Assembly (NCBI GenBank): GCA_963663165.1
Contig: OY760175.1
Location: 128,001 to 192,000 of the forward strand
Length of the DNA: 64,000 bases
Reading direction: 5' to 3'
From: an uncultured Desulfospira sp.
GTDB taxonomy: Bacteria; Desulfobacterota; Desulfobacteria; Desulfobacterales; Desulfobacteraceae
The position numbers and the translations under genes were made by a program. Of the stretch, positions 1 through 8,821 are shown piece by piece (within the stretch, counting starts at the first letter, position 1; each line of letters opens with the position of its first letter). The notes under the pieces were generated by a model. That model did not search any database. It was given only the letters and a program-made list of their open reading frames with translations, and was not told the DNA's origin.

Positions 1-1040
1 CGGCGTCAGATGAGTTTGCGGCATTTGATCCGGTAAGTCTTCAGGACCTGGACAACCGGACCGCCGAAGACCTTGCCGGCCGTCTCAAGCAGGGCGGTGT
101 CTGGCAGGGCATGCGGCAGTTGCCCTTCAGGGATACGGCCGACGCCTCACAGACCCCGCCCATGATCATTGTCTGTCTGGATGGGGAGGACCTGTTTTCC
201 CCCCGCCCGGGCCTTTTGCTGGACCTCTTTGAAGAGGAATTTCTTTACGGCCTGTCCCTGCTGGATAAATTTTCAGACCGTGTGCTGGTGACGGTGCGCG
301 AGGGCCATCTGGACCTGCCCGAAAAGGTCACAGAAAAAATCACCCATGTGGTGCCGGACCATTATCCGGCCTGGGACCCGGGGGTGGTGCTTTACCATAC
401 AAAAACCGACCCCTCTGAAAACAGTGCCTGGATGATCCGGGCAGACCACCTGATCATGATGGCCCGGTTTCTCATGACCGGGACATATCCCGTTGAAAAG
501 CTGATTGCCGTCCACCAGGGTGGGGATGCAAGGCCCCATATCCTGACCCGGCAGGGCTTTCCGTTGCACCTGCTTTGCCGGGGCATTACCCCCGGGACCC
601 TGGCCGTAACGGGACGGTTTAAGGGCAGGATATTGTCTCCGGATGAACATCTGGGGTTTTTCGACGACGGGATCACCCTTCTGGACGCCCGGGAGACTTC
701 GGAAATGTTCGGCTTTATCCGGCCAGGGATCAACAAACCCACGGTATCCAGGACTTTTTTGTCCAGGGTGTTCAACCGCCCCATTGACCCGGACGCCACC
801 CGCCACGGGGAGGAACGGGCCTGCATCAGCTGCAGCCATTGCGAGGCCGTCTGTCCCAATGACCTGATGCCCAATTTCATTGCCAAGGCCATTTTGGCGG
901 ACGACGTTGAACAGGCCCTGTCCCTGGGGTTGCTGGACTGCTGCCAATGCGGGCTGTGCGCCTATGCCTGCCCGTCAAAGATTGAACTGACCGGCATCCT
1001 TTCCAGGGGAATGGATGCCCATTACAAGGATAGATCATGA
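1..1040 (+). CDS. nqrA: Na+-translocating NADH:quinone reductase subunit A-like, 5' partial, with C-terminal 2x[4Fe-4S] motifs
   Basis: The frame is open from base 3 through the ATG at 111, so the gene starts before the window. NqrA-like motifs (EMFGFIRPG...SRTFLS, ATRHGEERA) plus CISCSHCEAVCP and CCQCGLCAYACP. ATGA overlap with nqrB. Confidence 0.85.
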   Translation, partial: ASDEFAAFDPVSLQDLDNRTAEDLAGRLKQGGVWQGMRQLPFRDTADASQTPPMIIVCLDGEDLFSPRPGLLLDLFEEEFLYGLSLLDKFSDRVLVTVREGHLDLPEKVTEKITHVVPDHYPAWDPGVVLYHTKTDPSENSAWMIRADHLIMMARFLMTGTYPVEKLIAVHQGGDARPHILTRQGFPLHLLCRGITPGTLAVTGRFKGRILSPDEHLGFFDDGITLLDARETSEMFGFIRPGINKPTVSRTFLSRVFNRPIDPDATRHGEERACISCSHCEAVCPNDLMPNFIAKAILADDVEQALSLGLLDCCQCGLCAYACPSKIELTGILSRGMDAHYKDRS

Positions 1041-2197
1041 AGGCTGTTAAAAAACTGCTGGACCGGCTGGAACCCGAATTCAGGGAGGGCGGCAAATACC
1101 CCAAGCTTTCCCCCCTGTATGATGCTACCCGGACCTTTTTCTTCCTTCCCTCTCCCGTGAACCGGGTCATGCCCTTTATCCGGGACTCTTTGGACCTGAA
1201 ACGGTACATGAGTTTTGTGATTCTGGCCCTGATGCCGGCGCTGTTTTTCGGGATCTGGAATGCCGGGGTCCAGGCGGGCATTGCCCAGGGCAAATCGTTG
1301 GGGTTCTGGTCTGCCCTTTTTACGGGAAGTCTTTATGTGGTGCCCATTATTATCATCTCTTACGGGGTGGGGTTTTTCTGGGAAATTTTGTTTGCCTCTA
1401 TGCGGCGGCACGAGATCAGTGAGGGATTCCTGGTAACAGGCCTGCTGTTTCCCTTAACCCTGCCGCCCACCATCCCGTTGTGGCAGGTGGCTCTTGGCAT
1501 CTCCTTCGGGGTGGTGCTGGGAAAAGAGGTCTTCGGGGGAACCGGAAGGAACATCCTGAACCCGGCCCTGACCGCCCGGGCCTTTCTCTTTTTCTCCTAT
1601 CCCGTGACCATGTCCGGAGAGGTCTGGCGGGCCGGAAAACAGATGGTGGACGGATTGTCCGGGGCAACCCCCCTGGCCGTGAGCGCCGGGGCCGGCCAGA
1701 CCCTCACATCGGCCCTTACCGAACACGGCTTTGATCTGTCAGCCTTATTCTTTGGTGCCATTCCCGGGAGCATCGGTGAAACCTCGGCCTTGTGCTGCCT
1801 GATCGGGGGCCTGTTTTTAATGGTCACGGGCATTGCCAATTTCAGGATTATCCTGGGCGGCATTGCCGGGCTTGTCCTGACCAGTATGTTTATTTACCTG
1901 ATCCCCGGGGGCGCCGGCACCTGGGCCAATGCCGGCCCCTTGTACCATCTGTGCGCCGGGGGATTTTTATTCGGCATTGTCTTTATGGCCACAGATCCCG
2001 TGTCTGCGGCCGGGACCAACCCGGGCCGGTGGATTTACGGCCTTTTGATCGGGTTTCTGACCGTCATCATCCGGGTGGCCAACCCGGCCTTTGCAGAAGG
2101 GGCCATGCTCTCCATTTTATTCATGAACGTGTTTGCCCCGCTCCTGGATTATCTGGTCATCCGGTTTAAAGCGTCAAAGAGGATACCCAATGTCTGA
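1037..2197 (+). CDS. nqrB: Na+-NQR subunit B (RnfD/NqrB family)
   Basis: IRDSLDLKRYM, GKEVFGGTGRNILNPAL, FMN-attachment motif DGLSGATPL, GSIGETS, FMATDPVS; multiple hydrophobic segments. Confidence 0.93.
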   Translation: MKAVKKLLDRLEPEFREGGKYPKLSPLYDATRTFFFLPSPVNRVMPFIRDSLDLKRYMSFVILALMPALFFGIWNAGVQAGIAQGKSLGFWSALFTGSLYVVPIIIISYGVGFFWEILFASMRRHEISEGFLVTGLLFPLTLPPTIPLWQVALGISFGVVLGKEVFGGTGRNILNPALTARAFLFFSYPVTMSGEVWRAGKQMVDGLSGATPLAVSAGAGQTLTSALTEHGFDLSALFFGAIPGSIGETSALCCLIGGLFLMVTGIANFRIILGGIAGLVLTSMFIYLIPGGAGTWANAGPLYHLCAGGFLFGIVFMATDPVSAAGTNPGRWIYGLLIGFLTVIIRVANPAFAEGAMLSILFMNVFAPLLDYLVIRFKASKRIPNV

Positions 2198-2969
2198 CAC
2201 CAAAGAAAACCCCATAGACAAAGCACCGGAATCGGCATCACCCCAGGCGAAATCTGGTGAAAAAAAGGAAAACACCCGGTTCCGGGTTGTCCGGTTTGCC
2301 CTGCTGCTCTCGGTGGTGTGCAGCCTTTTAATCACGGCGGCGGCCAACGGCCTTAAAAGCCGGCAGGAAGAGAACATGGCCCTGGACAAGAAGGTCAATA
2401 TTCTAAAAGCAGCCAACATCCTGACCGGTAAAAAACCACCCAAAGAGGAGATCAACCGCCTTTACAATGAGCGGATCGAGCAGGTCATGGTGGACCCGGC
2501 CGGCCGGATCCTTGAGGCCGGGGAACAGGCCGGGAGCGATGCCTTAAGCCTTTATCTGTACCGGACCAACGGCGCCGTTAACGGCTATATCCTGCCCATC
2601 AATACCCGGGGGCTGTGGGGAAAGATCAGGGGATACCTGGCCTTTGAAAGCGACGGCCAGACCGTTGCGGGGTTTTCCGTGTTCAGCCATTCCGAAACCC
2701 CGGGACTTGGCGGAGAAATTGAAAGCCGGTGGTTCCAGGACAATTTCAAGGGAAAGAAAATATTAAACTCCCAGAATAAATTTGTGTCCGTGGGCATTGC
2801 CAAGGGAAAGACCGAAAACCTTCCGGCGGCCCTTCAGGAAAATTACGTGGACGGGATCAGCGGGGCCACCCTGACCGGCAAATACCTTTCAGAAGGGATC
2901 AAGTCCACCCTGGAACGGTATGAGCCGTTGTCCGTCACCTTCCGGCAGAAAGGATTGAAAGCAAAATGA
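2190..2969 (+). CDS. nqrC: Na+-NQR subunit C (FMN-binding)
   Basis: N-terminal TM helix, GLWGKIRGY, HSETPGLGGEI, VDGISGATLT FMN motif. Start moved to ATG 2190, overlapping the nqrB end. Confidence 0.92.
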   Translation: MSDTKENPIDKAPESASPQAKSGEKKENTRFRVVRFALLLSVVCSLLITAAANGLKSRQEENMALDKKVNILKAANILTGKKPPKEEINRLYNERIEQVMVDPAGRILEAGEQAGSDALSLYLYRTNGAVNGYILPINTRGLWGKIRGYLAFESDGQTVAGFSVFSHSETPGLGGEIESRWFQDNFKGKKILNSQNKFVSVGIAKGKTENLPAALQENYVDGISGATLTGKYLSEGIKSTLERYEPLSVTFRQKGLKAK

Positions 2970-2972
2970 ACA

Positions 2973-3044
2973 GGGATATGGGACCTGGGATATGGGATAT
3001 GGGGAAAACAGCCCCAAGTCCCGAGTCCCATATCCCAAGTCCCC
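2973..3044. repeat. Heptamer tandem-repeat palindrome (GGGATAT/GGGACCT units ... CCCAAGT/CCCATAT units)
   Basis: GGGA(T/C)(A/C)T units followed by complementary units between nqrC and nqrD. Related copies at 4359-4390, 8723-8802, 25570-25600 and 46575-46600. Confidence 0.85.
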
Positions 3045-3061
3045 ACTAAGGAAAATTTGAT

Positions 3062-3670
3062 ATGAGAGATTTGTCCCGCTATAAAGAGATATTGACCAAG
3101 GGGATCTGGGCGGAAAATCCAGTGGCCTATCAGGTCCTGGGGATCTGCTCGGCCCTGGCCGTTACCGTGAAGATGTCCACGGCCATGGTCATGGCCCTGG
3201 CCCTGACCCTGGTAACGGCCTGTTCATCCATGATCATTTCGGCCCTTCGAAAGCAGATTCCCTCCAATATCCGGATCATTGCCGAGCTCGCCATTATCGC
3301 ATCCCTGGTCATTGTCACCGATGAAATCCTCCAGGCCTTTGTCTATGACATCTCCAAGCAGCTCTCCATTTTTGTGGGGCTGATCATTACCAACTGCATT
3401 GTGCTGGGCCGTGCCGAGGCCTTTGCCCTGGCCAACTCGCCCGTGGATTCCTTTGTGGACGGCCTGGCCAACGGGGCCGGGTACGGCCTGGTCCTGGTCA
3501 GTGTGGCCTTTGTCCGGGAGCTTCTGGGCTCGGGGAAATTTTTGGGATTATCGGTTGTCCCCCAGTTTGTCTACGATCTGGGATACCAGAACATGGGACT
3601 CATGGTCCTGGCACCCGGGGCGTTTTTCATTATCGGATTATTGGTATGGCTTAAAAACAGCCTAAACTGA
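3062..3670 (+). CDS. nqrD: Na+-NQR subunit D
   Basis: [43 protein letters not shown]; position in the operon. Confidence 0.93.
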   Translation: MRDLSRYKEILTKGIWAENPVAYQVLGICSALAVTVKMSTAMVMALALTLVTACSSMIISALRKQIPSNIRIIAELAIIASLVIVTDEILQAFVYDISKQLSIFVGLIITNCIVLGRAEAFALANSPVDSFVDGLANGAGYGLVLVSVAFVRELLGSGKFLGLSVVPQFVYDLGYQNMGLMVLAPGAFFIIGLLVWLKNSLN

Positions 3671-3671
3671 G

Positions 3672-3727
3672 AGGCTGAAGGCTGAAGACTGAAGGTTTTA
3701 AGGACGTATCAGCAACCTTCAGCCTAA
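3672..3727. repeat. AGGCTGA heptamer repeat with inverted TTCAGCC arm
   Basis: aggctga-aggctga-agactga...ccttcagccta. Family also seen at 5805-5890, 11397-11428, 25629-25690, 48017-48100 and 61551-61620. Confidence 0.8.
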
Positions 3728-3750
3728 GCACCTAAACACAAAGGATCATC

Positions 3751-4359
3751 ATGGGCGATTTATTCAGTCTGTTTATCAATTCGGTTTTTATCGGCAATAT
3801 CCTGCTGGCCTATTTTCTGGGCATGTGTTCGTTTATTGCCGTGTCCAAGAATGTGGAAACGGCCATTGGCTTAGGGTCTGCCGTGATTTTTGTCCTCACG
3901 GTGACAAGTCCGGTCAACTGGATTGTGTATCATGGGTTTCTGGCTCCCGGGGCTCTGTCCTGGGCCGGATTTCCGGACCTGGACTTGAGTTTCTTAAAAT
4001 ACATCACCTTTATTGCCGTGATTGCGGCCATGGTCCAGGCCGTTGAGATGATCATTGACCGGCACTCCCCGACCCTTTACGCCAGCCTTGGGGTATTTCT
4101 TCCCCTCATTGCCGTTAACTGCGCCATCCTGGGCACCAGCCTGTTCATGGTGGAGCGCAATTATACCCTGGTGGAGTCCATTATTTTCGGGGCCGGGTCC
4201 GGCACGGGCTGGATGCTGGCCATTGTCTCCATGGCGGCCATCCGCTTAAAGCTTCGGTACGCCGATGTGCCCCAGGGACTTCAGGGTTTCGGGATCACCA
4301 TGATTGTAGCCGGCCTCATGGCCATGACCTTTATGATGTTTTCAGGAATAACCTTATAG
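3751..4359 (+). CDS. nqrE: Na+-NQR subunit E
   Basis: [47 protein letters not shown]. Confidence 0.93.
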   Translation: MGDLFSLFINSVFIGNILLAYFLGMCSFIAVSKNVETAIGLGSAVIFVLTVTSPVNWIVYHGFLAPGALSWAGFPDLDLSFLKYITFIAVIAAMVQAVEMIIDRHSPTLYASLGVFLPLIAVNCAILGTSLFMVERNYTLVESIIFGAGSGTGWMLAIVSMAAIRLKLRYADVPQGLQGFGITMIVAGLMAMTFMMFSGITL

Positions 4360-4426
4360 GGACTTGGGACTTGGGATATGGGACTTGGGGAAAAGAACTG
4401 CAAGACAATCCCTGGTTCCTAAAATA

Positions 4427-4570
4427 GTGCCTGAACGACAATCCCGTGTTTGGGCGAAAAGTTGCCCAGATGCAAGGCGCAGAAAAATTTGTAACCGGAG
4501 CAACCCGGGGGTTGTGAGGATTGCAAATTTTTCTGCAACACAGCAGATGGGTGACTTTTCGTTCAAACAC
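4427..4570. mobile_element. 144-bp MITE-like element (family A) with 7-bp target-site duplication
   Basis: Imperfect terminal inverted repeats GTGCCTGAACGA / TCGTTCAAACAC, flanked by TAAAATA at 4420-4426 and 4571-4577; long internal hairpin; related copies at 44130-44244 and 58091-58212. Confidence 0.75.
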
Positions 4571-4588
4571 TAAAATAGAGGGGGTATT

Positions 4589-5800
4589 TTGATTTATTTG
4601 ATCAGCATTCTGGTATTTTCCGGGGTGATCGGCATCCTTGTGGCGGTGCTGCTTTTTGTTGAGTCCAGGGTCGCAGGAGAGGGGTCCCACACCGTCACCA
4701 TCAACGATAATGCCGATGAGCCCCTTGAGGTCCAGGGCACCCCCACCCTGTTGTCCGCCCTGTCCAAAGAGGGGATTTTCCTGCCGTCTGCCTGCGGCGG
4801 GTCCGGGTCCTGCGGCATGTGCAAATGCGTGGTCACTAAAGGGGGCGGATCTGTCCTGCCCACGGAGCTGGCCCACCTGTCCCGGGCTGAGAAAATGGAA
4901 GGCAAACGCCTCTCCTGCCAGGTTAAAATCAAGGACAACATGGCCATCAAAGTCCCGGAATCCATTTTCGGGATTAAAAAAGTTCAGGCCACGGTGGTCT
5001 CCAACCATAATGTGGCCACCTTTATCAAAGAACTGGTTCTCAAGCCCGACACCCCCATTGATTTCAAGGCCGGGGCTTATATGCAGATTGATGTGCCCGA
5101 ATACGATATCCATTTCAAGGAATTTAACATTGAATCCAAGTACGTGAGCGAATGGAAAAAATTCAACCTTCTGGAACTTGCCGCCAAGGGCATTAAGCCC
5201 GGCTTCAGGGCTTATTCCCTGGCCAATCCCTCTTATGAAAATGAGATCCTGGCCTTTAACGTCCGGATTGCCACGCCGCCGCCGGGAACCGAAGGAATTC
5301 CGCCCGGGTTCGGCTCTTCCTACGTGTTCGGCCTCACCCCGGGGGACCGGGTCACCGTGTCCGGCCCTTACGGGGATTTTATGGCCAGGGACACGGACCG
5401 GGAAATGTGTTTTATCGGCGGCGGTGCGGGCATGGCCCCGCTGCGCAGCCATATTTTTCAGCAGCTTCGGGGCCTGAAGACCTCCCGGAAGATTTCCTTC
5501 TGGTACGGGGCCCGTTCCCTAAAAGAGCTCTTTTATGACGAGGATTTTAAAGCCCTGGACCGGGAGTTTGATAATTTTTCCTATCATGTGGCCCTCTCCT
5601 CACCGGAAAAAGAGGATAACTGGACCGGCCTGACCGGTTTTATCAATGTTCACCTGTGCGACGCTTATCTGTGTAAACATGACGACCCCGGCGAGATTGA
5701 GTTTTATCTGTGCGGGCCGCCGCCCATGATTGATTCGGTGATTCACTCCCTTCATGATTATGGGGTGGAGGATGATATGATATTTTATGACAAATTTTAA
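4589..5800 (+). CDS. nqrF: Na+-NQR subunit F (2Fe-2S + FAD/NAD(P)-binding)
   Basis: TTG start after GAGGGGG; N-terminal TM; SACGGSGSCGMC; RLSCQ; RAYSLAN; GGGAGMAPLRSH; WYGARS; YLCGPPPM; ends YDKF. Confidence 0.95.
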   Translation: MIYLISILVFSGVIGILVAVLLFVESRVAGEGSHTVTINDNADEPLEVQGTPTLLSALSKEGIFLPSACGGSGSCGMCKCVVTKGGGSVLPTELAHLSRAEKMEGKRLSCQVKIKDNMAIKVPESIFGIKKVQATVVSNHNVATFIKELVLKPDTPIDFKAGAYMQIDVPEYDIHFKEFNIESKYVSEWKKFNLLELAAKGIKPGFRAYSLANPSYENEILAFNVRIATPPPGTEGIPPGFGSSYVFGLTPGDRVTVSGPYGDFMARDTDREMCFIGGGAGMAPLRSHIFQQLRGLKTSRKISFWYGARSLKELFYDEDFKALDREFDNFSYHVALSSPEKEDNWTGLTGFINVHLCDAYLCKHDDPGEIEFYLCGPPPMIDSVIHSLHDYGVEDDMIFYDKF

Positions 5801-5914
5801 AAATAGGCTGAAGGTGGATAGGCTGAAGGCTGAAGTTTGCGCTGCACGAATGGTATTAAAACCCTTCAGTCTAAAACCCTTCAGTCTAACTACCTAACCA
5901 GAAAGGAAATTTGT

Positions 5915-7639
5915 ATGGAATCAGCAGCCACACCCAACACGGTATGGTACTCCACCGATGCCAGGGACTTCGGACAGGTGGCCAAAAGTGTTCCCTGCCA
6001 GAACGCCTGCCCGGCCCGGACCAATATCCCCGGGTATATCCGGCTGATCTATGAAAAACGGTATTCCCGGGCCTATGAACTCAACCGGGGGGCCAATATC
6101 CTGCCCGGCGTCCTGGGACGAATCTGCTCAAGGCCCTGTGAAACAGCCTGCCGCCACGGGGAGCCCGGCAACGGCCAGAGCGTGGGCATCTGCCATTTAA
6201 AACGGGCCTGTGCCGACTTAAAGTCCCCCATGCATAAGATTGCCGAATCCCTTTACGGCCCCTCCGGCAAAAAGGTGGCCGTGATCGGGGCGGGGCCTGC
6301 GGGACTTGCCTGTGCCCATGACCTGGCGGTCTTTGGCCATGAGGTGGTGATCTTTGAGTCCCGGGAAAAGCCGGGCGGCATGCTCATGTACGGCATTCCC
6401 GAATTCCGGCTGCCCCGGGACCTGCTCATGGCCGAGATCAGCAATATCCTGCGCCTGGGCATTGTCCTTAAAACCCGTCAGAAAGTGGGAACGGATGTCA
6501 CCCTTGAGGACCTGAAAAAGGAGTTTCATGCGGTGGTGGTCTCCACGGGCTGTACCCGACCCAGAAAATTAGGGGTTCCGGGAGAGGATCTGGAAAATGT
6601 CTATGACGGCCTCAAATTCATGGATCTGGTCAATGCCGGGGAAAAACCCTTTGTGGGCAAGACCGTGGCCGTGATCGGCGCCGGGTTTACGGCCGTGGAC
6701 TGTGCCCGGTCCGCCCTTCGCTTAGGCGCTGAGCATGTGACCTTGAACATCCGGAAAACCCAGGAGCAGATGCGCATTGATGAGACGGAAAAGCACGAGG
6801 CCCTGTTTGAAGGGATAAGGATTCAGGCCCTGGTCCAGCCGTCAAAGATCCGGGGGGAGAACGGCAAAGTAACGGCCATTGAGTTTCAGCACACCCGGAT
6901 GGAAACAATTGACCAGCCGCCATATAAAATATCCCGTCCCATTGAAGGATCTGAATTCTCCATTCCCTGTGACAGCGTGATTGCCGCCTTGGGCCAGTCC
7001 CCGGACGGGGAGCCCATGGCCGTGGATATGGGGGAAATAGAACCCGGCATCCATAGGGCAGGGGATGGCAACCTGTTTGCAGCCGGAGACTTCTCTACCG
7101 GGTCCACCGACGTAATCACCGCCATTGCCGGGGGGCGGCAGTGCGCCCTGGCCGTGGATGCCTTTTTCATGGGAATTAAAAGAAGGGAATGGAAAGTAAG
7201 GCTGGCGCCGCAAACCACCACGGACCGGCCCAGGGCCTTTGATTTTATTCCCAGAACCCCTGTCAGCACCCTTGATATGGCCCAGCGCATGGCCTCTTAT
7301 ACCAACGAGGTGGAGACCGGGTTTGACCCGGACCATGCCCATGAGGAATCCAAGCGGTGCTACCTTTGCAACCTTAAGTATGAAATTGATCCCCTGCGGT
7401 GCATCTATTGCTCGGCCTGCATTGATGTGGCCCCCAAGGACTGCATCAAAATGGTGACGGACATTCCCATCGCCCCGGACGGCACTTATGGGGATTATCA
7501 GGAGACCCGGAAGTGGAATCAGGTGGTGTCCATCACCATTGACAATGACCAGTGTATCCGGTGCGGACAATGTTATGCGGTCTGCCCCATGGACTGTATT
7601 TCGGTCACCAGGACCGAGCTGGTCCGGACAGATCTGTAA
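5915..7639 (+). CDS. GltD/NfnB/DsrL-like FAD-dependent NAD(P)H oxidoreductase with N- and C-terminal Fe-S domains
   Basis: PCQNACP...GRICSRPCETACR; GAGPAGL; YGIPEFRLP; GAGFTAVDCAR; AAGD; C-terminal RCYLC, CIYCSAC, CIRCGQCYAVCP. Start at ATG 5915 after AAAGGA. Confidence 0.85.
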   Translation: MESAATPNTVWYSTDARDFGQVAKSVPCQNACPARTNIPGYIRLIYEKRYSRAYELNRGANILPGVLGRICSRPCETACRHGEPGNGQSVGICHLKRACADLKSPMHKIAESLYGPSGKKVAVIGAGPAGLACAHDLAVFGHEVVIFESREKPGGMLMYGIPEFRLPRDLLMAEISNILRLGIVLKTRQKVGTDVTLEDLKKEFHAVVVSTGCTRPRKLGVPGEDLENVYDGLKFMDLVNAGEKPFVGKTVAVIGAGFTAVDCARSALRLGAEHVTLNIRKTQEQMRIDETEKHEALFEGIRIQALVQPSKIRGENGKVTAIEFQHTRMETIDQPPYKISRPIEGSEFSIPCDSVIAALGQSPDGEPMAVDMGEIEPGIHRAGDGNLFAAGDFSTGSTDVITAIAGGRQCALAVDAFFMGIKRREWKVRLAPQTTTDRPRAFDFIPRTPVSTLDMAQRMASYTNEVETGFDPDHAHEESKRCYLCNLKYEIDPLRCIYCSACIDVAPKDCIKMVTDIPIAPDGTYGDYQETRKWNQVVSITIDNDQCIRCGQCYAVCPMDCISVTRTELVRTDL

Positions 7640-7687
7640 CAGCAAAAGGCTAACAGCTAAAAGCTAACAGCTAATAAAGGAGTCAAG

Positions 7688-8716
7688 ATGAGCAGCCATT
7701 ATGTAATTCTGGGAAACGGACCTGCCGGGAACCGGGCCGCCCTGACCCTGAGGGAGCATGATCCTGAAGGGGACATCACCATCATTTCCGATGAAAATAT
7801 CGAGTTTTACTATAAACCCAGGCTGACCGGATACCTGGCCGGGAAGGTGGCCCAGGAACGGCTCAAGGTAAGGGATTTCAAGTTTTATGAAGACAAGGGC
7901 ATCCGGCTTCGGTTAGGCCAGAAAGTCAGTGCCCTGGATCTGGACCAAAATCAGGTCCTGCTGGATCACTGCGAAACCGTGGGCTTCGACAGGCTCATCA
8001 TTGCCGCAGGCTCAACCGAGCGGCTGCTGCCAAGCCTTGCCCCCTTTAAGGAACACCTGAAATTCATCACCTCCTACAAAGCGGTCATGGCCTTTAAGGA
8101 TCAGATTCAACAGGCCAACGAGTTTTTTCTGCTGGGCGGGGACCTGGTGGGGTTCCGGTTTTCAAGCATGCTCAGGTCCATGGGCAAGCGCGTCACCATG
8201 CTGTTGTTTCCCGATGCCTTCTGGCCCTTTAACCTGACCGATGAGATGCTGAAAAATATTGAGGCAAGCCTCTCCAACACCGGAACAAAGGTAATCCCGC
8301 GGGATGCCCTGGCCCATGTGGAGACCCGGGACGGCAAACCCTGGATCACCACCAGAGCCGGTATTGAACAGGCCGCAGACCTGGTATTCTCCTTTAACGG
8401 GCTCATCCCCCGGGTGGATTTTGCCAAAGGCTCGGGCCTGGACATTGACCGGGGCATTCTGGTCAATGAATTTTTGCAGACCAATGTGGAACATGTCTAT
8501 GCCTGCGGCTCCTGCGCCCAGATTTACCATCCCGGGATCAAGGCCTATATCACCTCCATGGGCTGGCCCAACGCCGACATCCAGGGAAAGACCGCGGCCT
8601 TGAACCTGCTTGGGGAAAGCCGGCGGGTCGAGTCGGCCCCGCGCAAGTACTTTGACCTGGAAGGGGTGCAGATCAAGACCGCCTGGTGGGATGATATTGA
8701 CAGCTTTGATATATGA
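7688..8716 (+). CDS. NAD(P)/FAD-dependent oxidoreductase (rubredoxin reductase / NirB N-terminal-like)
   Basis: ILGNGPAG FAD motif, LIIAAGS, GGDLVG (degenerate GxGxxG), GILVNEFLQT...VYACG; AAGGAG RBS. Confidence 0.8.
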   Translation: MSSHYVILGNGPAGNRAALTLREHDPEGDITIISDENIEFYYKPRLTGYLAGKVAQERLKVRDFKFYEDKGIRLRLGQKVSALDLDQNQVLLDHCETVGFDRLIIAAGSTERLLPSLAPFKEHLKFITSYKAVMAFKDQIQQANEFFLLGGDLVGFRFSSMLRSMGKRVTMLLFPDAFWPFNLTDEMLKNIEASLSNTGTKVIPRDALAHVETRDGKPWITTRAGIEQAADLVFSFNGLIPRVDFAKGSGLDIDRGILVNEFLQTNVEHVYACGSCAQIYHPGIKAYITSMGWPNADIQGKTAALNLLGESRRVESAPRKYFDLEGVQIKTAWWDDIDSFDI

Positions 8717-8821
8717 GATTCTGGGATATGGGACTTGGGATATGGGGCTTGCGGGACAGTTTGATAATGCAACCCCAAGTCCCAAATCCCAAGTCCCATA
8801 TCCTGATAAAGAGGAAAAACA

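Noticed and set aside
4331..5452. Long antisense and alternate-frame ORFs (e.g. 4331-5452, 10849-11781, 44972-45841, 58757-59512)
   Set aside because: They overlap well-supported genes and carry no recognisable motifs; expected shadows of GC-rich codon usage.
1..5800. Rnf complex rather than Nqr
   Set aside because: Gene order A-B-C-D-E-F, a clear NqrF and no RnfB-like polyferredoxin favour Nqr despite the RnfC-like cysteines.
5915..7639. True gltD or dsrL assignment
   Set aside because: No gltB or dsr genes nearby and the motifs deviate; left as family-level similarity.
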